64,000 nucleotides of DNA from Octopus vulgaris. Lineage: Eukaryota. The position numbers and the translations under genes are program-made. Position 1 is the first letter of the stretch. Each line of letters starts with the position of its first letter. This document shows, piece after piece, positions 11,201-22,827 of the stretch. The stretch spans positions 148,614,001 through 148,678,000 of the forward strand of contig OX597814.1 in the NCBI GenBank assembly GCA_951406725.2, given 5' to 3'. The notes beneath the pieces are model-generated. The model was given only the letters and a program-made list of their open reading frames with translations. It did no database searches and had not been told where the DNA came from.

Positions 11201-13330
11201 GCCTTCCGGCATCGCTGGCGGCTACGTCCCCGCGTACGTGGGCCACGACGCGAGCTTGGGTTCGTTCTTTCGATTTCGGGCACGGTAGCGCGGCGGAGCA
11301 ACGGGCGACAGGCGCAGGCCTGCCGCTTAAGGCCCCGCGGGGCGTGGAGGAACGGGAGAAAGCGAGGCGGCGCGAAGGCGGCGGCGGCCCGCCGGGCTGA
11401 CGGCGTCGTAGGCTGACGTCTCTGGCATCCTGCCGAACGGTCCCCGAGGAGAACCCACCTGCCGACTGCAAGCCCTCATATAGTCTTGACCCCTTTGGGG
11501 TGCGACGGTCACCTAGAGGCGTGACTATCCAGCCGGGGCCGATCCGTTTGCTTACGGTCCGAGCACCTCCTTAACTCACGGGTCGGACCACGTCGCTGTC
11601 TTTACCCGGTGCATATCGCCACGCACTACCGGCGACTGACGGCATCGATCGCGCCTACGTCCACGTGTACGTGGGCGAGAGCGCGGGTTTCGCTCAAGCC
11701 CCGCTTGAACCTCGCGGTCGCGCGGCGTAGTTGCGAACGAAGGCGGTAGAAGGCGGGCGCATGGCCGCCGCTATCGGCCGTTGCCTGCACTGGCCGCAGT
11801 GCCGCAGTTTGTCATCTTTCGGGATTTACGGACGGACCACGTCCCTATCGACGCCGTACCCGCGCACGGTGCGGCTAGTCCGCGCGACGGGTCGACCGCG
11901 CTTAGGTTCGTCTTTCGATTTCGGCACGTCTGGGCGGCGGGCAACGGGCGCCGTGCTGCCGCAGTGCCATCTTTCGGTTTTACGGGACGCACCACGTCGC
12001 CGTATCGACGCCCGTGCATCTCGCGACATCGGTCGCGGCTACGTCCACGCGTACGTGGGCGAGACCGCACGCTCAAGTTCGTTCTTTCGATTTCGGGCAC
12101 GCTAGGGCGGCGGAGCAACGGGCGACCGTCCTAGCCGCAGTTTGCCATCTTTCGGGTTTTTACGGGACGGACCGCGTCGCCGTATCGACGGCGTGCATCT
12201 CGTGAACGCCCTTCCAACTTCGGTGGCGGCTACGTCCGCGCGTCCGTGGGCCGTACCGCGAGCGTGGGTTCGTTCTTTCGGTTTCGGGCACGGTAGCGCG
12301 GCGGAGGAACGGGCGACCGGCGCGGGCCTGCCGCTAACGGCCCCGCGGCTCGCGGACGAACGGGAGAAATCGAGGCGGCGCGAAGGCGGCGGCCACCCGC
12401 CGGGCTGACGGCGTCGCAGGCTGACGTCTCTGGCATCCTGCCGAACGGTCCCCGAGGCGTGAAACCTGCCGACTGCAAGCCCTCAATATAGTCTTGACCC
12501 CCTTGGGGTGCGACGGTCACCTAGAGGCGTGACTGTCCAGCCGGGGCCGATCCGTTAGCTTACGGTCCGAGCACCTCCTTAACTCACGGGTCGGACCACG
12601 TCGCTGTCTTTACCCGGTGCATATCGCCACGCACTCCCGGCGACTGACGGCATCGATCGCGCCTACGTCCACGTGTACGTGGGCGAGAGCGCAAGCTTCG
12701 CTTAAGCCCTCACTTCAGCCTCGCGGTAGCGCGGCGGAGGCGCGGGCGAAGGCTCCGGCCGCAGTTTGTCATCTTTCGGGAATTTTACGGGACGGACCGC
12801 GTCGCCGTATCGAACGCCAGTACCTCGCAGCATCGGTCGCGGCTAGGTCCGCGCGTACGTGGCCGAGACCGCCCGCTTAGTTTCGTGCTTTCGATTTCAC
12901 GCACGGTTCGGCGGCGGAGACGCGGGCGACCGGCGCAGGCCTGCCGCTACATCGCGCTAGCCGCAGTTTGTCATCTTTCGGGATTTTACGGGACGGACCG
13001 CGTCGCCGTATCGAGCGCGTGCATCTCGCGAACGCCTTCCGGCATCGCTGGCGGCTGCGTCCACGCGTACGTGGGCAACGACGCGAGCTTGGGTTCGTTC
13101 TGTCGATTTCGGGCACGGTTGGGCGGCGGAGCATCGGGCGACCGGCGCAGGCCTCCCGCCGCTACCTCGTGCTAGCCGCAGTTTGTCATCCTTCGGGATT
13201 TTACGGGACGGACCGCGTCTCCGTATCGACCGCGTGAGTCTCGTGAACGCCTTCCGGCATCGGTGGCGGCCACGTCCACGCGTCCGTGGGCCGCACCGCG
13301 AGCTTGGGTTCGTTCTTTCGATTTCGGGCG
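8121..13330. repeat. rDNA intergenic spacer: five large units with ~190-bp subrepeats
   Basis: tagtct(t/g)gaccccc...gacggtcacctagaggcgtgact at ~8131, 9380, 10631, 11479 and 12487 (periods ~1250, 1251, 848, 1008). Internal subrepeat gccgcagtttg(c/t)catctttcg recurs throughout. Confidence 0.9.
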
Positions 13331-13331
13331 C

Positions 13332-13955
13332 GCTTCGATGCGCGTGGATAACACACGGACACACACACTCGTGGTCTTCGTCGTAACTCAGACTTACTCC
13401 CCGGCAATCGACCGGCCGCATAACTCTTTCGACTCGTGCACTCAACCGAGAACTCTCTCAAGTGAAATCGCCGCTTCGATGCGCGTGGATAACACACGGA
13501 CACACACACTCGTGGTCTTCGTCGTAACTCAGACTTACTCCCCGGCAATCGACCGGCCGCATAACTCTTTCGACTCGTGCACTCGACCGAGAACTCTCTC
13601 AAGTGAAATCGCCGCTTCGATGCGCGTGGATAACACACGGACACACACACTCGTGGTCTTCGTCGTAACTCAGACTTACTCCCCGGCAATCGACCGGCCG
13701 CATAACTCTTTCGACTCGTGCACTCGACCGAGAACTCTCTCAAGTGAAATCGCCGCTTCGATGCGCGTGGATAACACACGGACACACACACTCGTGGTCT
13801 TCGTCGTAACTCAGACTTACTCCCCGGCAATCGACCGGCCGCATAACTCTTTCGACTCGTGCACTCGACCGAGAACTCTCTCAAGTGAAATCGCCGCTTC
13901 GATGCGCGTGGATAACACACGGACACACACACTCGTGGTCTTCGTCGTAACTCAG
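13332..13955. repeat. 141-bp tandem array, ~4.4 nearly identical copies
   Basis: gcttcgatgcgcgtggataacacacgg at 13332, 13473, 13614, 13755 and 13896. Confidence 0.95.
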
Positions 13956-13964
13956 CCCTGCTTA

Positions 13965-14023
13965 TCGCTAGACAGTAGTAGATAGGGACAGCGGCAATAT
14001 CCTCGTCGCCTTCGATCCGTTTC
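13965..14023 (-). pseudogene. Decayed 28S fragment (R1 target region)
   Basis: tcgctagacagtagtagatagggacagcgg resembles the reverse complement of conserved 28S cactgtccctatctactatctagcga. Confidence 0.6.
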
Positions 14024-14048
14024 TTACCCGGGAGATGGATGCACTGCC

Positions 14049-15148
14049 AGGCTTCACCCATAGGGACACTACCTTGTCGTGGTTTAAGAGCTTACGTCTG
14101 CGGGCGGGACGCAAGCCATTATTGGCCTTGCGGGCGCCAACCTGTCAGCAGACTAACTAAATGTGTCCTTTTCCCCATAGCGGTTCCAATTCTTTTGGTG
14201 GGGACCAAGTAGTGTGGAGGATTATCGTGTGCAGAGTGGGATGATACCCTGCTGTTGGTCGTGGTTGCGCTTGTCGGCCTCCTGCTCATCCGAGTCGGTC
14301 ACTACCTGGCTTCGGTGTGGTGTGAAGGCCCCCTATTTCTTTAGAGAATTTCACGGGGCGGCGCCCACGGACGGCCATGGTTAGAACGGCCGGGTTCGCT
14401 CTCCGGATTGGGCTGCTGACGTGGCGAGGTAGGGATGGGGTGTTTCCACCCTGCCTCTTATCTCGCCCATAAGTTAGCGCCTCGAGAAGGTTGCTGTCCC
14501 TGCTGTCTTTGGGTGGCTCACGACGTTGTCTCCTGACGCTGATTGTTGTGGCTCACACATGTTCTTGTTGGAGCGGACTCACTTTCGGCCTCACTACGAG
14601 GAGCCAGTCAACTGACGGGTAAACCGTCAATATTGACTTTGTCTCCTGACGCCAGATTGTTGTGACTCACGCAATTTATTGTGTGAGTGGACTCACTTTC
14701 GGCCTCACTACGGGAGACAGTCGAATGACGGGTAAACCGTCAGTATTGAGCCCTTCGCGGACTGTTGCGGGGTATTTGGCTTAGTATGAGGATTTCGGTT
14801 GGCCAGGAAGGATGTTGGCCTACGGTCTGCAGGGTGTGACTCCTTACTCTTGTACTCCTGATTTTCTTCCTTTTACTCTTGGAAAATGCCGCGAAGTCCA
14901 ATTCTTTAATTAAAAGTTAAGAAACACACGGTTGCCAGGGGCCGTATAAGATGGTGGCTTGAGGACAAAAGAGCGGGGTTCCAAGTCAGGCCGAGCGTGT
15001 TGCCCAACCACGTTGGGCCGATATCTACGCTTCCTGCAGTTGTATAGAGCCATTTACACTGCAGGTAATACTAATGGCTCACTTACCAAACTCGACCCTG
15101 AGAGCTTATATCGGATCCTGCACATAAAACCCCCTCGATGAAGTCCTC

Positions 15149-15184
<36 letters not shown>

Positions 15185-15218
15185 CAGAGGACCGAGAGGT
15201 TGGTGTGTAGGATGCCCC

Positions 15219-15257
<39 letters not shown>

Positions 15258-15335
15258 AGGTGGTGGCATGGTTTGGGGGCCGTGCCTCGGTATGAGCTTC
15301 AAATAAATATAACAAAAATCAAAATAACAACCTGA
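14049..15335 (+). mobile_element. Unclassified non-coding, highly structured insert
   Basis: No credible ORF; many strong hairpins whose G-U pairs favour the plus strand; 5' motif cactaccttgtcgtgg; two long T runs and AATAAA at 15302; flanked by 28S remnants. Confidence 0.4.
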
Positions 15336-15390
15336 ATTGGACTTAAAGCTTCTTCTGCCCATCGAAGAAGCACCCGCTTCTGTTAGTTTT

Positions 15391-15565
15391 AGATCCGTTC
15401 ACCTGAAGAGAGTCCAAGTTACTCCCGCCGCTTACCCGCACTCGATACCGAGAACTTCTCCAAGCCCGTACCCTCGGCTCTGCATTCGCTAGACAGTAAG
15501 ATAGGGACACGCTCCTCGACCACGATCCGTTCACGCGGCGCCCCGCCAATCGGACGACGATGCCC
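15391..15565 (-). pseudogene. Decayed, permuted 28S fragments (R2 site, then R1 region)
   Basis: cctgaagagagtccaagttactcccgccgcttacccgc matches 28S rc ccttaagagagtcatagttactcccgccgtttacccgc. aagcccgtaccctcggctctgcattcgctagacagtaagatagggaca matches 28S rc aagcccgttcccttggctgtggtttcgctagatagtagatagggaca. Confidence 0.7.
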
Positions 15566-15796
15566 AGAAGTCGCCGCTTCGACAACAGGCAGTCGCGGTG
15601 TTCCGCTCAGAGATTGTACGTCGCTCCGCGAGAGCGGGGCCCGACCCGGACGCCGGCGAGCGACGACTCGTCGGCGGTACAGAAAGTCTCGCTGGATGGG
15701 GGCGCTGCATGCTGTCGCAGCAACCCCGTCTACTCGCGCACTAAGCAGGAGGTTCCGTTTCTTCCACTTCTCACTTAAACGAACCCGCAACGGAGC

Positions 15797-15918
15797 GCGC
15801 GCCGCTAAGCCGATGCGCGCTGCTAAGCCGATGCGCGCTGCTAAGCCGATGCGCGCTGCTAAGCCGATGCGCGCTGCTAAGCCGATGCGCGCTGCTAAGC
15901 AGATGCGCGCTGCTAAGC
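15797..15918. repeat. 18-bp minisatellite (gcgcgctgctaagccgat) x ~6.8
   Basis: Directly visible; marks the right edge of the GC island. Confidence 0.95.
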
Positions 15919-17307
15919 TATGCTTGTTACTGTGCTCTTAGCCAATAGATTATTTGGGGAATATATCAGAGAAAACTATAGAAAGTATTTTGTGAAAGAA
16001 AGTCATCTTGTTTAGAAAATGTCACTTTGAAATTTGAGATATGTTTATCTCTGTAAAAGAACATTAAGTATAACAATATGATTTTATACACGAGATTAAT
16101 TCCATTCATCTTGATCATTCGGTAATTCGAGACCGAGCACTCCGCCTCACTAGTGCGTGGGAAAATAAATGGATAATTTATAATTCAATTTTAGCTTTAA
16201 ATTGGGATAAATACTTTATTATGCCGCGAAAAATAAATATTTCTTCCAGTAATTTCATGCGGTAAAGTCATTATTCACCCTAAAATTATTTAAAATTGCA
16301 TGATGAATAGAAAAGGTTATAAAACATTCATTTGCATAGGAAGAAAACTAGAGATTTTCTAACCCCTGAAGACAGAATATTGTGAAGAGCATGCCATTTC
16401 CAAGAGAAAATATTAAGAAACATTTGCTCAACCTATAACTTCTAAATTTGCCTCGAAGAAAAATTTAAAATCTTGTTTCAGGATGCGCGCAAAAGTCAAA
16501 GATAAAAGACTGCGGAAATAATATATGAGAATGTTGATAGCAAGAGAAAAATCAGCAACAGATTTATATCGGAGACTGCAGGGACATAACATAACTGTAT
16601 GAAAAGAAGAGTTATAGAAATATCAATACTTTTCTACATATAAACTTTTAGTGGCGAGGAAAATATTTCAAGTCTCATAAGCGGGTTGTGAAAACAAAAC
16701 GTACACATGCATATATGAATACAGGTGTCTTGTACAATATATATAGGAAAGAGTACTGAAAAGTCCCTGGTGTCGCGAAAGGACAGGTTGGAGGCGCAAC
16801 ACTGTGTGTTCATTTAGAGGGCTTAGAAAAGGTGAAGGACCGCTACAATAAGTGTGTGAATTTGAGAGGGGGACACGTTGAATAAAATCATAATTAACTG
16901 ATCCTCCTGTATTTCCTTTTATCCATTTCAGTCCCACCTCGTTTATATATTGATTAAACCTCGCTAAGTTAAATATTTAAATCACCTGAAGAATGACTGT
17001 AACTCGAAATTTTATGAATTGGACAGCCATGAAACGATCGTAGTGTTATGCTAATTATCTTTTTTTAATAATTTTGATATACATTTAAAATAATATAAAT
17101 TAATTAATCTTATGTATTGGCTTAAGTTTTTCATTGTATAATTTGCCTAATAGTGGTTTTATCTCTAATTTGATATAATATATATATATATATACATACG
17201 CGTATGCCAGTGTTTGTATATATATTTATATATTACCTTCCAATTATTCCTATAAGAAACATTTTGTAACAAACTTTTTAATGTAATTTCAGTGTTTATC
17301 AAAGGTG

Positions 17308-17520
17308 AAGGCACATGGCTTTGTGGGTAGTCTACTAAAATCATGATAGTAAGCTTGTGGTTTCGATTCCTGGACCAGCTGGTGCGTTGATCTTGAGCAG
17401 AACACTTCATTTCATGTTGCTTCTGTTCGCTCAGCTGGTAAACATGATACAGAGCGGCGTTCCGTCCAGGGAGGAATATATATGACAGAGAAACCGATAA
17501 GCTAGGAAACCGGCCCTATA
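17308..17520 (+). mobile_element. Decayed tRNA-derived SINE (CORE-like body)
   Basis: A-box-like ggcacatggctttgtgg, B-box-like ggtttcgattcc, then tcttgagcagaacacttcatttc typical of CORE-type SINE bodies. Confidence 0.55.
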
Positions 17521-18065
17521 AAACATATGGACTAATGTGAACTAGCCATCAAAATTTCTACTTGTAAGACAGGTAGTGTATGTCTCAGAATATTCTGCTC
17601 TGTTCTCATCTTTGAATGATATTTGGTTTTTATTTTCAGACCAGTCAATAAACATCTAGGAGTTTATTATTTAGCCTCTTGTAATATAATCGCATTTAAT
17701 GCAGGGCTGCTTAGTTTTGCCTTACTTCACGCGTATTATAATAGAAATAGTATTTAAAGTCTTTACATGTGTGATTATGGAAAGATTTGTATCAGGTCTT
17801 GACAGATCATCAAGAACCTTCACTCCAAAGATATCAAGAATTAATTGTCAGAAAATAGCATAAGTAAAAAAAATCATTTATAGCACGCTTGCACATTTTT
17901 ATATAATTGATTATAATAAATAGCATATCGTTTACTAAATCTTATTTTACAATCGTTTTCATTATTGATAAATATTTTGCCTAACCATTTATTTCCATAT
18001 ATACAGACATACATACATACACGCACACATGCACACACGAACACATACACGCAATCACGCACAGA

Positions 18066-18124
<59 letters not shown>

Positions 18125-18413
18125 CCATATACTATATATACCAGTAGCTGAAGAAAACAACGAAATTTGCAAACAAAGCATTGTGATAAATGTACAAACA
18201 TTTTATACCGTAACTCCGCTCCTATCTGTCCAACAAACATTCAGGAACATGGAGTTTAATGAAACTGTTATTTTCTCGCTCCCCATCTCTCTCCCTCTTT
18301 ATACACACACACACACATATATATGTATGAGTACGTATGCATATGTATGTATTGTATGTATATGTATATATTACATAAATGTATATATGCATGTATATGT
18401 ATGCATATGTATA

Positions 18414-18451
<38 letters not shown>

Positions 18452-18457
18452 CAGGCG

Positions 18458-18516
<59 letters not shown>

Positions 18517-18662
18517 AAATGGAAAGATGAATTTTCTTGTTACAGATTATTCAAAAGTTTAACCGATACCTGTGTAGCAAAAATCACAGCAGAAAAAAAC
18601 ACGGTTGGAGATAAGACCATTTGGTGTTGCAACCGTGCGTTGGTGCGGATAATTGAAGTTTA

Positions 18663-18780
18663 ATATAATTAGTGAATGGAAGAAATGGAGTTGAACGAAG
18701 ATTGTACAGAATTCCTTTTATTAGAATGTAATAAAAGGAATTCTGTACAATCTTCGTTCAACTCCATTTCTTCCATTCAC

Positions 18781-18789
<9 letters not shown>
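18663..18789. repeat. Perfect inverted repeat, 61-bp arms with 5-nt loop
   Basis: 18663-18723 is the reverse complement of 18729-18789; abuts (TA)n. Confidence 0.95.
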
Positions 18790-18828
<39 letters not shown>

Positions 18829-18833
<5 letters not shown>

Positions 18834-19092
18834 ATACAATATGTTACATTTCGGTAGTCAAGATAAAACTCTGAGTTTCAGATGCCGAAGTGGAAATCCA
18901 CAACACCATCTCTTCGGTTATCTGAAAATAGCCAGATAACCGAAGAGATGGTGTTGTTGATTTCCACTTCGGCATCTGAAACTCAGAGTTTTATCTTGAC
19001 TACCGAGTAATGTAACATATTGTATAGATAAATTTCCTCTATTTACATAATATTGAGGTCTCTTTCTTTCTTTTGTTATCTTACCGTTTTAT

Positions 19093-19095
<3 letters not shown>
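18829..19095 (+). mobile_element. Penelope-type pLTR remnant as fold-back (arms ~18829-18924 / 18933-19030) in (TA)n
   Basis: Near-perfect inverted arms, each carrying a minimal hammerhead; TA arrays on both sides. Confidence 0.7.
18934..18996 (+). ncRNA. Minimal type I hammerhead ribozyme (variant core); mirror copy on minus strand ~18860-18923
   Basis: Stem I agataa/ttatct, core CCGAAGA, stem II gatg...catc, GAAA, stem III ctc-a-gag, GUU site. Confidence 0.6.
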
Positions 19096-19153
<58 letters not shown>

Positions 19154-19187
19154 TGTATGTATATATATATTTATACATGTATGTACA

Positions 19188-19237
<50 letters not shown>

Positions 19238-19442
19238 CGTTATTATTAAAATTATAATGTACGCCATGATCGAAACTGCAGCTTTTCTGCGGGATAGGTC
19301 GTAACACACACGTGGTTATAAAGATAGATAGGTATCACATTCGGCTGTATGATTTGGGGAGTGCCGTTGAATATTAGTTATTTGATGAAGCTTAATCACG
19401 TACATATTTAATCCTAACACTCGCAAATTTATAACTCGGAGT

Positions 19443-19504
19443 ATTACGCTGAGGAGAACAATAGGTAAATATAATATACATTAAGTTCGAAACGCGTCTG
19501 TGAT
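19443..19504 (+). ncRNA. Minimal type I hammerhead ribozyme with intact consensus
   Basis: Stem I attacg/tgtgat, CUGAGGA, stem II gaac/gttc, GAAA, palindromic stem III cgcg, GUC cleavage triplet. Confidence 0.78.
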
Positions 19505-19991
19505 TAACCGAAGTCGTGTGAACTCATCGTTTATCTTTTAATGTCTCGGAGACATTAGCGTCTATTTTTCTTTCAGTACGTGGCGACGTACTTAGCTAGC
19601 TGCTGATTATAATTATGCATAGAATTAAATTATAGAATATTATATATATATACGTTTCTATATATATTTGTGTATCATGACTCATGCCTTGGTTTCTTCG
19701 AAAAGTTGAAGTTATGTACTTTTATGTCTCTTTCTTCTTCTCTCTTTCCATCTCCTCATACGTTTACTCCTTTACACTGTGTTATCATCTTATTGATATA
19801 TACCATTCTCATTTTCCATATTTCTTCCCCAATTTACTTTGATGACTGAACATCCCATACTCGAGGATATCCCAGAAACAGATGTAAGATTTTGAATTAC
19901 TTCCTGTAATAATACTGTATATGAATTGAGATGTTTGCCTTGCCTTAAAAGTTGACATCCTGTTTAACAATTATATATATATATATATATA

Positions 19992-20116
19992 TACCCTGAT
20001 TTAATCTCCAGGGATACAGGCATCCAGCAACAGGACCTCCGTAATGCTATGATGGACCGTGAAGTCTGGCGTTGCATGGTAAGTTCCATTGTCTCGACGA
20101 CGGTTGAACAATGATG

Positions 20117-20118
<2 letters not shown>
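19992..20118 (+). mobile_element. Extreme 3' end of an RTE-clade LINE inserted in (TA)n
   Basis: Translates as YPDLISRDTGIQQQDLRNAMMDREVWRCMVSSIVSTTVEQ*, carrying the RTE C-terminal A-x-DR-x-x-WR motif, followed by a tgatgat tail. Confidence 0.7.
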
Positions 20119-20153
<35 letters not shown>

Positions 20154-20211
20154 ATTTCTATATATATATTTAAATATATGTAAGTTTATACATATATACA
20201 TATATATGTAT

Positions 20212-20264
<53 letters not shown>

Positions 20265-22827
20265 CACATATATATATATACATATATATATATACTAGAG
20301 CCTCGCCATCTGATGCAGTTTAATGTCATACCAGGGATAAAATACATACTAAATACATACATGAAAACATACAATGAGCATTTATTTCAATTATTTCATG
20401 TTTTATGAGTATATTCCTATGTACATATGAAGTATGAATCATTTACATTAAGAAAATATTCTCATTTCCGATTTCAGTTTTGCAAATATTTTTGTTGTTG
20501 TTTGTATTTAATAATTTTCGTAGTATATATCTGAACTCCGTTGTGTTCGTTTGTTTTTCTTGTTATGGGACTCGTATTTATCTTCTCTAATTTTTTGTCC
20601 TCTGGAAAGATAATTTAAGAGTACTACTGTCTCATTTTCCAACACCATAGCATTTTCCACTCTCCTCCTTCACCATCCCCATCACTATCATCGTCCTCAT
20701 CGTCATCATAATCTTTATCTTTACAATTAGCAACAGCTGCAAGAAAAGCACTATCAGAACCATCATAATTATCAAAATAGCCATAGTTATTTTGCTTCTA
20801 TATAGTCATCAATGATTAATGTCCGCCAAAAAAAAAATAATAAATAAAATAATCACACCAGTACTTGAAAATCTCTCTTAATATTATATGAAGATAATTC
20901 ATCATAGATTATCTAATTATTTCCTCGGTGATTATCTTGTACGACTCTAGACAAATGCGCCTCTCCGACAACAACCTCGCCTTTTTGATAAGTAATTAAT
21001 TACACATTTTCCCATTCTTTCTGCATAAATATCTCTTTCAGAATATCTGTTCCAGTTTCATCCTTTTTAACACAATCATTCATTATTTTGGCATACGTAC
21101 ACGAAAAAAATATTTCATAGCATCAGGCGTAATTAAGTTCGCATTTCTCTTCAATAATACAGATACAATATAGTCCACTTTTTCTACTCTTTTCTTTATA
21201 TTTAGCTTTCGTAAATAACTTATCAGTAAATTTTAGTGCATATGGGTTATAGCAAAACATTATTAAAACACGAAATTTACATTATGTTCTCGGACTCACT
21301 CAGAATGAGAATCCAATCTACTTTATAAAGCTGCGCTTCGTAGTGGTTAAATATTTAGCTTAATACGCTACATTTATAGAATCTCTGTACAATGTTTTAT
21401 TTGTTACTTCCAAGTACATGGAGTCTAATTTAGCTTCTTCTCCTAGAGCAGAAGCACATTATATTGTATGAACATTTAATCATGTTTTTTGTAATCATTG
21501 GTGTATGTCACCAAAGGCAATGTAGTTTTCCAATTTAGCTTAAGGATATGAGTCATGTTATTGTGTATACAAATACCTAAATACCTTTGAAGCAGAATAT
21601 AAATGAATTATCGATTGTAGTGTGGAATAAAATCATTTAACTAATTTTATTAGTATTAAATATTGATTCCTATTATAGGCCAAATATCGTACAAGACAAC
21701 ATATTTGATTCAATGAAACTTTCGATTTGATTGTTTCATTGATATTTATTCAAACAATCAAGGTAGATTTGCTCGATTTACTTATAAACATTAATTTATC
21801 ATCGAGAATTTAAAAAATAAGTCTAATGAATGATGAAAGCCGAACTGCAATATAGCAGATACAAAGACTGGATGATCACGAAGGGAAATTATTTGATGTT
21901 AGGCTTATTCTCTACTTACTGGGAAAGAATAACGAAAAGTGCATATTTTCAAGAGAAATTTCAAATTGTTAGATGAAAGTAATAACCAAGACAATTTCTC
22001 TGTACTCAACGTACAATGTATTTTCAAGTGACATTAAAATTACATTCGGTGTCGAGAAATTTACTACGCTGGAAGAGTAAAAAAAAATAAGACGAGATAG
22101 TAGTGAAATATTTATTAGTTACAATAATAAATTGTTTCTTGTAGAAGTAGCAAAATGTCTAGGAATATTAGAAAATAATAAAGTTAAAAGTGTAGAAATT
22201 CAGAAAGCTTTCAGTATAGAAAATGCCCTGTAAAATAAGATTTTGAAATCCAAATTGAATACTAGAAATATTACACAATTCACTAATTTATTATCATTAA
22301 TAAGGCATGAGACAGGATTAACTGAGTGACGAAAGGATACATTAGGTAATGTCGGAAGACGAGAAAACGACTCATACTGTACAGCAGCATGCATCCTGCT
22401 AAATACATGTCGACCGTTTATACCAGTAAAGAACAGGAGGAAGGCTATGAATTCACCTTGAAGGCATTTTAGAATTAGAGAAGAGTTGATAAATGAAGGT
22501 TCATTTACGGAGCCATTACAACGTTAATGAAGCAAATATAAAAAAGAATGACAAAATATGAATTGCTAACAAGGGGAACACTGACTTTGGCTAGGAAAAA
22601 GTGTTGAAGTATTTCCAAGAAAGAGCTTGGGAGGTCGATTCTAACAGCACCTCGCAGAATCACACATAACTTCGATTATTGTTATATTGAGTGAACGAAA
22701 AATTTGAAAGATATCGTTCGAATAATGAACTGTCATAAGCATGTCTTCCAATCGGTTGCCGGCATACTCTGCTGGAATCTGTGCAAGAGACTTCACTTTG
22801 CATGCAGGAATACAAGAGCTATAGTTA

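Noticed and set aside
1203-13445. Dozens of overlapping Arg/Ala/Pro-rich ORFs
   Set aside because: By-products of GC-rich rRNA, spacers and IGS repeats; no protein motifs.
13201-14061. Repetitive 286-aa and 240-aa ORFs; CRISPR-like appearance
   Set aside because: The 141-bp unit is a multiple of three without stops, and there are no unique spacers or cas genes.
15131-15200. Hammerhead-like ctcgatga-agtcc...ggac-cgaga
   Set aside because: Both conserved core segments deviate and stems I and III are missing.
14049-15390. Group I intron in 28S
   Set aside because: The position is near known LSU intron sites and cagactaa resembles an R element, but no S/P7 partner was found and the folding strand is antisense to the rRNA.
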